32,000 nucleotides of DNA from Telmatocola sphagniphila (GTDB lineage Bacteria; Planctomycetota; Planctomycetia; Gemmatales; Gemmataceae): positions 4,590,001-4,622,000 of the forward strand of contig NZ_CP074694.1 of assembly GCF_018398935.1 (NCBI RefSeq), in the 5' to 3' direction. This document shows positions 24,277 through 32,000 of this stretch, piece after piece (position 1 is the first letter of the stretch; every line of letters starts with the position of its first letter). The notes under the pieces are model-generated. The model was not told the origin of the DNA and made no database searches. It saw nothing but the letters and a program-made list of their open reading frames with translations. The position numbers and the translations under genes were made by a program.

Positions 24277-26005
24277 CTTCCTCCGCCTTTTCAGATGGAT
24301 CGAAGGCACTGAGAAATTGCTGAAGCTCCTGTCGGGTCGACTCGATCAAGACGGGATCCTGATGATTCATCGCGGCTTCAAAGGTATCCATTAGAACCGC
24401 GAGACGCTCGCGAAGTTCCCGGCTCAATTCCGCGTAAAGTCGCTCGGCCCGCAGCAGCACATAGCGGTTGACTTCATTTTCACGGGGATGAATCTTCAAG
24501 GTGGCCATGGCTTTCAAAGCCGCCTCGATCTGGGCCGCGGACATCTGTTTGGCACCGGAGGTAATTACGAAATTCTTCTTCTTGCCCGTCTTCGCAATCG
24601 TCGCCTCCACCTCCAGTACGCCGTTGAGATCGTAGGTGAATCGAATATCGACCTGTTGGCCGGGCGGTCCCTGGGGAATGCCCATCACATCAAATTTGCC
24701 CAGTAAAAGATTTTGATCTGTCTTCCGGCTATCTCCCTGATACACCTTCACCGTGATCATTGTCTGATTGGGTTCCACCGTGGAAAACGATTCCACGCGA
24801 CTCACCGGGATGGTGGTGTTGCGTTCAATAATCGGGGCGAAATAGCCGTCGGTGTAACTGCCACCCAATTTTTTCACCGTCTCGATACCCAGGGTGAAGG
24901 GGGCAACATCGGTGACCACCAGATCGTCCAGCGCGGCCGAACGACTGAACAGTCCGGCCTGAACGGCCGCCCCCATAGCAACCACCTCATCGGGATTGAG
25001 GCGAATCTGCGGTTCGCGGCCCAGCATCTGCTTCACCCGATCGCGCACCATCGGCATGCGGGTGGCACCGCCAACGAGAATGACTTCGTCCAGCTTTTCT
25101 TTGGGCAGGCGGGTATCGTTCAGCACCCGGCGAACCGGCAATTCGGTGCGGGCCAGGAGTGATTTGATGCGATCCTCCAGTAGTGACCGATTGATTTCGA
25201 AAGTGGGTGTATCCTCGGTAATAATACCTTGCCGATTGGGAACCTGAACCGAGACCGTTTCCTGCTGACTGAGCTTGCGTTTAGCGACTTCGCAGAGTTG
25301 AATCAGCCGGGAGACTCGTTTGGGAGTGTCAATTTCGGCACGTTCAAAGGAAACCCCTTCGCGATCCAGGATCATGGCGGCGATGGCGCGGGTAAAATCT
25401 TCGCCGCCGAGAAAGTTCTCGCCGGAGGAGGCTTTCACTTCGAGAGCTCCTTCGAAGAATTCCACAATGGAAACATCGAAAGTACCCCCGCCAAGATCGT
25501 AGATCAGGATCGTTTTGTTCTGCTGGCTTTCGTGCAGGCCGTAGGCAATCGCGGCAGCCGTCGGTTCGTTGAGAATTCTCTGAACTTCCAACCCGGCGAT
25601 CTGCCCGGCGGCAATCGTGGCTTTGCGCTGCCGGTCGTTGAAGTAGGCCGGGACGGTGATAACTGCCTTAGTCACCGGATGACCGAGATAGTTCTCCGCA
25701 TCGCGCTTCAAGGCGGCCAGGATGAGGCTGGAAAGCTCTTCCGGAGTGAACGTTCGCTTGGAAATTTTGGTGGTCCATTCGGTGCCCATGTAGCGTTTGA
25801 ACAGGCTGGCCGATCGTTCGGAATGAAGTACTTGATATTCCTTCGCGGCGGAACCGACGAGAACTCGTTCTTTTTCATCCAGTGCAACGACCGACGGGGT
25901 GAGATTCTGCCCGAGCGAATTGGGAATGAGCTTCGCGCCCTCGGGCGTCATAATAGCCACGGCCGAGTTGGTGGTACCGAGGTCAATGCCGATGATCGTA
26001 TCCAT
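24266..26005 (-). CDS. Short Hsp70-family chaperone (HscC-like, non-DnaK paralog)
   Basis: The Hsp70 signatures are IGIDLGTTNSAVA, IYDLGGGTFDVS and ILVGGATRMPMV. At 579 aa it is shorter than canonical DnaK. It has no grpE or dnaJ neighbours. Confidence 0.9.
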   Translation of the reverse strand: MDTIIGIDLGTTNSAVAIMTPEGAKLIPNSLGQNLTPSVVALDEKERVLVGSAAKEYQVLHSERSASLFKRYMGTEWTTKISKRTFTPEELSSLILAALKRDAENYLGHPVTKAVITVPAYFNDRQRKATIAAGQIAGLEVQRILNEPTAAAIAYGLHESQQNKTILIYDLGGGTFDVSIVEFFEGALEVKASSGENFLGGEDFTRAIAAMILDREGVSFERAEIDTPKRVSRLIQLCEVAKRKLSQQETVSVQVPNRQGIITEDTPTFEINRSLLEDRIKSLLARTELPVRRVLNDTRLPKEKLDEVILVGGATRMPMVRDRVKQMLGREPQIRLNPDEVVAMGAAVQAGLFSRSAALDDLVVTDVAPFTLGIETVKKLGGSYTDGYFAPIIERNTTIPVSRVESFSTVEPNQTMITVKVYQGDSRKTDQNLLLGKFDVMGIPQGPPGQQVDIRFTYDLNGVLEVEATIAKTGKKKNFVITSGAKQMSAAQIEAALKAMATLKIHPRENEVNRYVLLRAERLYAELSRELRERLAVLMDTFEAAMNHQDPVLIESTRQELQQFLSAFDPSEKAEEDGP

Positions 26006-26440
26006 AGGGCCGCCCGAATGAAGATTCGTTGGATTACTTCAAGTACGCGTGATTGCAAGGAGACAATCCGGGGCCGTCAAGTTCGCCGCTCGATTGTCTG
26101 GGACGCCGGTATACAGGGAGAGATTGGCGCGAAAAAATAACTTTTAGCGTAGGCTATGATGTTCCGGCTGGTCTAGCAATCCACGGGACCGGTTTTTAAC
26201 GCGAGACGAAGGAGCCCATCTTCAACCCTGATTAATTTGCGGTTTCAAATTTATGAAGCACTTAACCACTCAGAACGGCGTCGAAGTGCGCTGCAGTAAA
26301 AAATTGAGAGGCTTCCGGGGCCAAGCAGCTTCAAAGCCAGTCCCCTACTGGTTAAATCCAAAGCCATTCAAATGCAGAGCACATGGAGAGCGCAGAGGGA
26401 ATCAGATTGCGGGGGAGGATGTTTCGGACTCTTCAGAGAA

Positions 26441-26521
26441 TTGAAAATGCGAAGCATTTTCAACACAGCGTAATCAGTATTCTTCGATTTCTCTGTGTAC
26501 TCTGTGTTCTCTGCGGTTAAA
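26441..26521. repeat. Short dispersed copy of the repeat family that is tandemly arrayed at 30875-31650
   Basis: TTGAAAATGC-gaa-GCATTTTCAA is followed by CTCTGTGTACTCTGTGTTCTCTGCGGTTAAA. Both modules match the units at 30947 onward. Confidence 0.7.
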
Positions 26522-26697
26522 TGCATTTAAGAATCCTAAGCTCGGGGACTGGCTCCGGTTTCGTGCCAGTCGCCGAGGGAAGACAGATGGAAGAGAGGTT
26601 TGTCCGAGGCCCGCAAAGTTTAGGATAATCAATTGGGGACCGGCACCTTCGGAACCAGTCCCCTTCTAAGAAATTTGCTTTTTTGATAGGGATCAAA

Positions 26698-27588
26698 CTA
26701 TGCGGAGACGCCGTGCGTGTGCCCGGCGGTACCCGCAGCTTCACTCGACTGATGCAACGCCCCGGCCGTATTGCGCGGCGGATCCTCCGTTTGTAATTTA
26801 GCAACCTGGGAGGCGATTACTCGGTCCTCCACTGCCGGGAAGAGAGTCGCCAGCGTGGTGCTGATCTTGGCCATGGTGCCCACCCGTTTTTCACGCACCG
26901 GTTTCACGGCTGCGGAAAGAATTGCCGCCGCGACTTGCTTCGGATCGAGTTTGGGATCGGGCAGCGCCGGTTCATGTTCCAGATAGTTGCGGGCATGTTG
27001 AGGAAACGGCGTATTCACGGCCGTGGGCTGTATAAGAGTGATGGAAACCGGCGCTTTATCGACTTTCTCCACTTCCACTCGTAAAGCATCGGTAAAACCT
27101 TTCACGGCATGCTTGCTGGCGGTATACATTCCCAGAAGTGGTGTATACGATTCGGAGACTTCGCTACCGACATTGATCAGCGCCCCGCCATTTTTGCGCA
27201 GATGGGGAAGCGCGGCCCGACTGCCGTGCACCACTCCCCAGAAGTTGATGTCGAACAGTTTTCGATCATCGTCTTCATTGGTCTCATCCAGTCGACCATA
27301 AAGGCCCAGACCGGCATTATTGATCCAGGTATCGATGCGACCGAAGCGGGCGATGGCCTTTTCCGCCAATTGTTGCACCTGTTGCGGATCGGATACATCG
27401 CAGGTTACCGCAATAGCTTCCGATCCGAGACGAGCGACGATGTTTTCCAAGGCTTGACCGCTCCGTGCAGCAAGCACCAATTTTGCACCGCCTTTAGCCG
27501 CGGCCTCGGCTGTCATCAAACCGATACCGCTCGAAGCACCCGTTATCACGATCACCTGATCGGCGAGTTTTTTTAATTTCACACTCAT
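26698..27588 (-). CDS. Short-chain dehydrogenase/reductase (SDR)
   Basis: The cofactor motif is TGASSGIG. NNAG is present. The catalytic YxxxK motif is YTASKHAVKG. Confidence 0.9.
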   Translation of the reverse strand: MSVKLKKLADQVIVITGASSGIGLMTAEAAAKGGAKLVLAARSGQALENIVARLGSEAIAVTCDVSDPQQVQQLAEKAIARFGRIDTWINNAGLGLYGRLDETNEDDDRKLFDINFWGVVHGSRAALPHLRKNGGALINVGSEVSESYTPLLGMYTASKHAVKGFTDALRVEVEKVDKAPVSITLIQPTAVNTPFPQHARNYLEHEPALPDPKLDPKQVAAAILSAAVKPVREKRVGTMAKISTTLATLFPAVEDRVIASQVAKLQTEDPPRNTAGALHQSSEAAGTAGHTHGVSA

Positions 27589-27742
27589 GTCATCTCCCTG
27601 ATGCTAAACTCCTGTTTTCCTCGGTCCGATTCCGAGAATCGCTTCCTTTAAAGATGACCTGCAAGCGTTAGGCCAAAGAAAATCCCCAGACGATTTTTAA
27701 TCGATGAGTATTAGAAGACTCCGTAGGAGCGCAGCTGGTTGC

Positions 27743-28333
27743 TCAGGCGGGTGAATCCTGGTTATGAATTCGCAGGCTGTGCACGACCCGCCAACGTTTG
27801 GGAAGAGGCAATTCCAAGTTCACAACGGCTTCCGTCTTTTTGGCGGAGGGAGACCGACGGCAAATTTTCATCATTTTTTGACGAAGGTATTTGAGCAATT
27901 GCCGGGCCGAGACTCGCTGGTGAGCTTCTGCACGCGGTTCTGTCTCCAAGCCTTTCTTGCCCGACCAGTGAAGCATCACCCGGGCGTGACTGTTCGCTTC
28001 CAAGGCCTTTTTGCAGAGAGCCCGCAGATAATATTGATGGAACTCTTTCTCGACCTGTTTCTCCTGTTTGCGGGTTCGATTTCGCTTTTCCGTTCCGCCG
28101 CCGCGAGACCAGAAAAGATGATCGACCCTGAACATTTTTTCGCGATGGAGTTTGTTGAGAAGCCAATGAACATCGCGGACGCGAGCGGCCTTGAGAAACA
28201 GCCGCGGATAATATTTGATGCCGCTAGGGGTGAGACAGTCGGGAATCCAGAATTGTCGGCTGCGCAGATCCAAACCGATCTCATTCACCATATTTTCCCG
28301 TACGCCTGGTTGATCGATTTCCGTCCAGTTCAT
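27743..28333 (-). CDS. Hypothetical basic protein
   Basis: The minus-strand ORF has more protein-like composition than the overlapping plus-strand ORF 27764-28516. No recognised motif. Confidence 0.4.
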   Translation of the reverse strand: MNWTEIDQPGVRENMVNEIGLDLRSRQFWIPDCLTPSGIKYYPRLFLKAARVRDVHWLLNKLHREKMFRVDHLFWSRGGGTEKRNRTRKQEKQVEKEFHQYYLRALCKKALEANSHARVMLHWSGKKGLETEPRAEAHQRVSARQLLKYLRQKMMKICRRSPSAKKTEAVVNLELPLPKRWRVVHSLRIHNQDSPA

Positions 28334-28497
28334 GACTCTAGCTTCCTGATCGAGGAGTTATCCGAAGGAATTTTTCGCAAATGGAATGCCACTAAAGGGT
28401 TTATGAACAGATTTTGCGTCTTTTTAATCCTTCTTTCCGGCATTGGAATTGCATTGAACTTCGAGGTTCGCCCTGACCTTGTTCAAGGATTAGAATT

Positions 28498-29250
28498 ATG
28501 GCTACCACAATGCTGAATGTCGCCGCCAAGTCGGTTGCCGGTTCGGATAACCAGATATCGCAATCATTAAAAAGCCTCCCTCACCTCGATCATAATGTGG
28601 GTGAAACCGAACGTTGGCTCTCGGCCGCCGCGGCCGGATATTTACTCATGCACGGATTCGGGAAAAGCGGGCCGGGTCCGTTTTCGATTCTGGCCGGGGG
28701 CTTTTTGCTTTACCGGGCTACGACCGGCAACTGTCCCCTCTCGCAGGCGATGGGTTGCGCGAGTGGCGAATCGTGCAGTTCGCAGTCGGTGATCCCGGCG
28801 GGTGAAGGTTCGCGAGTCGATCAATCGATTCAAATTCGCAAACCAGTGGCCGAGGTCTATCGGTACTGGCGCAAGCTTGAAAATCTACCGCGCTTCATGT
28901 CGCATTTGGAACAAGTGAAGGAAACCGACGGTTTGCATTCGCACTGGGTGGCCAAGGCTCCGTTTGGGATGCATGTCGAGTGGGATGCGGAAATTATCAG
29001 TGACAAGCCGAACGAAACCATCTCCTGGAAATCGTCGCAGGAATCGGATGTGGACACGGCCGGTTCAGTGCGATTCCGATCGCTCGATAACGGCAACGCC
29101 ACGGAGATTCAGGTGTCGATGAAGTACAATCCGCCGGCGGGACGTTTGGGCACGGCGCTGGCCAAGTGGCTGGGGGAAGACCCCAGTGAGCAGGTTCGCA
29201 AAGATTTGGAAAGCTTGAAGAATCTGATGGAGACGAACAGGAATAACTAG
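28498..29250 (+). CDS. SRPBCC (cyclase/dehydrase-like) protein with an N-terminal DUF2892/YgaP-like membrane segment
   Basis: The N-terminal segment WLSAAAAGYLLMHGF...GGFLLYRATTGNCPL is DUF2892-like. The C-terminal segment VAEVYRYWRKLENLPRFMSHLEQV...WDAEIISDKPNETISWKS is an SRPBCC pattern. Confidence 0.7.
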   Translation: MATTMLNVAAKSVAGSDNQISQSLKSLPHLDHNVGETERWLSAAAAGYLLMHGFGKSGPGPFSILAGGFLLYRATTGNCPLSQAMGCASGESCSSQSVIPAGEGSRVDQSIQIRKPVAEVYRYWRKLENLPRFMSHLEQVKETDGLHSHWVAKAPFGMHVEWDAEIISDKPNETISWKSSQESDVDTAGSVRFRSLDNGNATEIQVSMKYNPPAGRLGTALAKWLGEDPSEQVRKDLESLKNLMETNRNN

Positions 29251-29251
29251 G

Positions 29252-29292
29252 CAAACAAAAAGGGGAGGGCGCCAATAATCGACCGCCCTTCC
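29252..29292 (-). terminator. Intrinsic terminator for the minus-strand VOC gene
   Basis: On the minus strand, GGAAGGGCG-(12-nt loop)-CGCCCTCCC forms a 9-bp stem with one G-U pair, followed by TTTTTGTTTG. Confidence 0.55.
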
Positions 29293-29310
29293 ACCCAGCG
29301 GGCGAGGTGT

Positions 29311-29691
29311 TTATTCGGGCTTCTGGACTCGCTCGGCAATGTGCCACAGGACACCCGACGGATCAGAGAGATAGAGTACCCGCAACCCCCATGGCATCAG
29401 AGCAGGCGGTTTGGCCGTGATGCCGGGATACTTTTTCACCAATTCGATTTGGGTGATATGCGCCCACCAGGCATCGGCATTCTGAACCATCAAGTGCATC
29501 ATGAAGTTGGCGGTGTGTTGCTCGACATGGAAATTCTGTAGTAAGAATCGACATGAGCCTATTTGAAATTCGGTAACTCCCTCACCGCCCCAGTTGAGCT
29601 GGAAACCGAGGTCGGTGTAGAACCGAATGGAAAGCGAATAGTCCTTGGCGGGAACGAATGCCTTCAGGTCGATCACATCTTTCGGTTCCAT
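29311..29691 (-). CDS. VOC / glyoxalase-bleomycin-resistance family protein
   Basis: The size (~126 aa) and the pattern SIRFYTDLGFQL...FLLQNF...WGLRVLYLSDPSGVLWHI are typical of the VOC fold. Confidence 0.7.
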   Translation of the reverse strand: MEPKDVIDLKAFVPAKDYSLSIRFYTDLGFQLNWGGEGVTEFQIGSCRFLLQNFHVEQHTANFMMHLMVQNADAWWAHITQIELVKKYPGITAKPPALMPWGLRVLYLSDPSGVLWHIAERVQKPE

Positions 29692-29997
29692 TGGGAAGTT
29701 CCTTGATTACTCGTTTCAAGAGATCGCGAACTCCATTTTAGAGGATGTTCCTGCCGCCGGGATGGTTTATGTAGGTTGATGGTCGAAGAACACTAAAGTC
29801 GGCCCCACTGGTGAAGTTCCTTCTTCAAGGCTGCGACGGAGCGATGGAAATGATAGCGAATGCTTGAAGAAAATGATGCGTGCCGCCATTGGAGCAGAGC
29901 CTCTCAGCGAAAACTAGCTTCTCCGCTACAGGTCATTCCAGAACTTACGGCGACCGATTTTTACTTTGAAAATCGTTATAGAGAATAAGGATACTAA

Positions 29998-30753
29998 TTA
30001 CTTATCCCAACGAAGATTTTCAACTCGACGAAACATATCTATGACCCAGCATCCTTTAACGTGCGGCTCCGTACTATAGCAATGCTCCAGGATCAGTTGG
30101 TTATCACATTTCGATTGAATCAGTTCAGTTGCCAGTGCGGGTAATTGTGCAAAGGATCGTTCCAAATAAATCTGTTCCGCCAGTTCAACGACGCGGGCCG
30201 ACTTCCACTCTTCTTGAACAGTCAGAGGAGTGAAGGGATTGCCGACGATGTCGCGCAAGAAGTCACATTGGAGCGCAAGCTCCCGCTTCGCCATCTTTTC
30301 CCCAGCGGACTCCCGTACGGCGGCCACTGCCCAGCGACTCGCCTCGTACATAGCAGGTAAAAATGGAGTACGCATAGAATCATAGGCAGAGTCCACGCCG
30401 CTTGTCAGGTCAGCACAGGAGCGGGCGATCAGTGCCTTGGGCGAAGTATTCGCATAACCGCCTAATTCAGCGAACCAATTTTCCATTTCAACGCCCACGG
30501 CCAATAGTTGCGCGTACGTTGCCCGACCTTCTGAGAACTGTTCCACGCTCTGGATAGCTTTTAACCATCGAGGATCATCTACTATTGGCCCCAAGTGTCG
30601 ACAGCACGCGCATCCCCAGAGCAGAAATTGATGATCGGTGGCTATCACGTAATTCAAAGGATCACCCGGTCCGCGCACACGATCTTTTGGCCCTCGAATA
30701 TGATCGAGCATCGCACTCGGATCGGTGAATGCCATCCATTCAGCCTCTTTCAA
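29998..30753 (-). CDS. Hypothetical protein with an N-terminal W..F.DP..ML...CACCR-type segment
   Basis: EWMAFTDPSAMLDHIRG...LLWGCACCRHLGPIVDDPRWLKAIQSVEQFSEG resembles, from memory, a paralogous family of uncharacterised proteins in Planctomycetota. This was not verified. Confidence 0.55.
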   Translation of the reverse strand: MKEAEWMAFTDPSAMLDHIRGPKDRVRGPGDPLNYVIATDHQFLLWGCACCRHLGPIVDDPRWLKAIQSVEQFSEGRATYAQLLAVGVEMENWFAELGGYANTSPKALIARSCADLTSGVDSAYDSMRTPFLPAMYEASRWAVAAVRESAGEKMAKRELALQCDFLRDIVGNPFTPLTVQEEWKSARVVELAEQIYLERSFAQLPALATELIQSKCDNQLILEHCYSTEPHVKGCWVIDMFRRVENLRWDK

Positions 30754-30874
30754 TTTTCACCTGCTTAGTTTTAAAGATCGAAGTTACTTTAGCTGTTAGC
30801 TCATGGATCCTGGGCAATTTTATTCCGCAATACAGCTTTGCTTATCGGGCAAAAATATTAATCCTTGGAACAAA

Positions 30875-31650
30875 AAGCATTTTCACTACTGAGTACACCG
30901 AGAACACGGAGAGTCTCTCGATTCTGGTAGCTAATCCTGGATGGGGTTGAAAATGCAATGCATTTTCAACAGCGAATTATGCAAATGTCTCAGATCGCCT
31001 CCCAAAAGAAAACACTCTCAGTGAACTCTGTGTTCTCTGTGGTAAACGATTTTATTCTCTTCTTCTCTGCGACCTCGGCGATCTCTGCGGTTAAATTCTT
31101 TCGCTATAAGTTGAACGGGGGACAGGCACCCCACCATTTTATCAAGCAATGTTTACCACCGAGAACACAGAGCACACGGAGAGTCTCTGGTTTCGGGGGC
31201 CTCATCCTGGATGGGGTTGAAAATGCAATGCATTTTCAACAGCGAATTATGCAAATGTCTCAGATCGCCTCCCAAAAGAAAACACTCTCAGTGAACTCTG
31301 TGTTCTCTGTGGTAAACGATTTTATTCGCTTCTTCTCTGCGACCTCGGCGATCTCTGCGGTTAAATTCTGTCGCTACAAGTTGAACGGGGGGACAGGCAC
31401 CACACCATTTTATCAAGCAATGTTTACCACCGAGAACACGGAGCACACGGAGAGTCTCTCGATTCTGGTAGCTCATCCTGAATGTGGTTGAAAATGCAAT
31501 GCATTTTCAACAGAGAATTGTGCAAATGTCTCAGCTCCCCTCCCAAAAGAAAACACTCTCAATGACCTCTGTGTTCTCTGTGGTAAACGATTTTATTCTC
31601 TTCTTCTCTGCGATCTCGGCGATCTCTGCGGCTAAATTCTGCCGTTAATA
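30875..31650. repeat. Tandem array of about 2.9 copies of a ~270-bp unit containing a perfect 23-bp palindrome and long internal inverted repeats
   Basis: TTGAAAATGCAATGCATTTTCAA recurs at 30947, 31217 and 31488 (periods 270 and 271). The units are near-identical. Within each unit, CTCTGTGTTCTCTGTGGTAAAC is mirrored by GTTTACCACCGAGAACACAGAG about 100 nt downstream. Confidence 0.9.
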
Positions 31651-31655
31651 TCCCC

Positions 31656-32000
31656 CTACTTCGCCGCCACGCGCCAGATACAGTTCGAGGCATCATCTGC
31701 GACCAACAGCGCTCCATCCTTGGCGAACGTTACCCCCACCGGACGGCCATAAACCTCGTCTTCATTTGCAATAAATCCGGTGAGAAAATCTTCTGCCTGG
31801 CCACTCGGATGACCTTCCTTGAACGGCACAAAGGCTACCCGATAACCGACAAATTGCGAACGATTCCAGGAGCCGTGCTGGCCGATGAACGCTCCCTGGC
31901 TGTAATGTTTCGGGAAATGGTCCGAAGTGCAAAAAGTCAGACCCAACGAGGCCGTGTGCGAACCGAGCGAATAATCGGGGGTAAGTGCTTTTGCGATGAG
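31656..32000 (-). CDS. PQQ-dependent sugar (glucose/sorbosone) dehydrogenase-like protein, C-terminal part; the ORF runs off the window edge
   Basis: The tail is FIGQHGSWNRS...GRPVGVTFAKDGALLVADDASNCIWRV. The frame stays open from 31946 to 32000 (LIAKALTPDYSLGSHTAS), so the N-terminus lies outside the window. Confidence 0.7.
   Translation of the reverse strand, partial: LIAKALTPDYSLGSHTASLGLTFCTSDHFPKHYSQGAFIGQHGSWNRSQFVGYRVAFVPFKEGHPSGQAEDFLTGFIANEDEVYGRPVGVTFAKDGALLVADDASNCIWRVAAK

Noticed and set aside
25229-26140. 303-aa plus-strand ORF (and 24713-25162, 24996-25247)
   Set aside because: It is antisense to the Hsp70 gene, which carries unmistakable Hsp70 signatures. The antisense translations are Gly/Arg-rich with no motifs.
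26253-26444. 63-aa ORF in the Hsp70-SDR intergenic region
   Set aside because: It is basic and low-complexity, has no SD, and ends inside the dispersed repeat. There is no support beyond ORF length.
27764-28516. 250-aa plus-strand ORF overlapping 27743-28333 (-)
   Set aside because: Its composition looks like an antisense shadow (Phe/Leu/Arg-rich, no charged-residue periodicity), and it would overlap the well-supported SRPBCC start at 28498. The minus-strand ORF was preferred, though with low confidence.
30958-31491. 177-aa ORF on the plus strand running through the tandem repeat
   Set aside because: Its protein sequence is itself a direct repeat of the DNA units (MHFQQRIMQMSQIASQKK... occurs twice). 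It has no RBS context and is low-complexity. It is most likely an artefact of the repeat staying open in one frame.
30875-31650. Possible CRISPR array
   Set aside because: The period is ~270 bp and whole units are near-identical. There is no alternation of 25-40-bp repeats with unique spacers, and no cas genes are in the window.

Overview
This is a 32-kb bacterial window with mosaic composition. Some protein families hint at a Planctomycetota-like origin, but that is low-confidence inference.

(1) 635-11545 looks like a degraded integrative or mobilisable element. It carries an RHH antitoxin and a PIN toxin whose reading frames overlap a tyrosine recombinase. It also carries a Tat-signal tyrosinase as cargo, a large XRE-HTH protein, a ParB-like protein, a VirD4/TraG-type coupling protein and an excisionase-like HTH. 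It ends at a perfect 15-bp hairpin. No relaxase or mating-pore genes are visible.

(2) About 11560-18509 is visibly AT-rich and gene-poor. Its cargo is a tightly coupled pair. The first gene is a PilT/VirB11/FlaI-family ATPase with a unique N-terminal domain. The second is a ~1260-aa protein with two KaiC/RecA-like domains (the first P-loop intact, the second degenerate) and a C-terminal region resembling a solute-binding-protein fold. A convergent 138-aa orphan gene follows. No pilus, secretion or platform genes are present. This is my best candidate for an undescribed system, possibly defence or signalling. The island ends at a tRNA-Leu(CAG)-like 3' fragment followed by a strong intrinsic terminator, which looks like an integration scar.

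(3) 18.8-32 kb is mostly housekeeping-like. It encodes a Wza-like polysaccharide exporter, a Zn alcohol dehydrogenase, a DUF4142-like protein, an SDR, an SRPBCC protein and a VOC/glyoxalase protein. It also holds a three-gene operon (short Hsp70, single-TM protein, J-like protein with HPE instead of HPD), a Cys-rich hypothetical and a partial PQQ-type sugar dehydrogenase.

A ~270-bp unit is tandemly repeated about 2.9 times at 30875-31650. It carries a perfect 23-bp palindrome and long internal inverted repeats, and a shorter dispersed copy sits at 26441-26521. All functional calls rest on motif recognition by eye. No database search was run.
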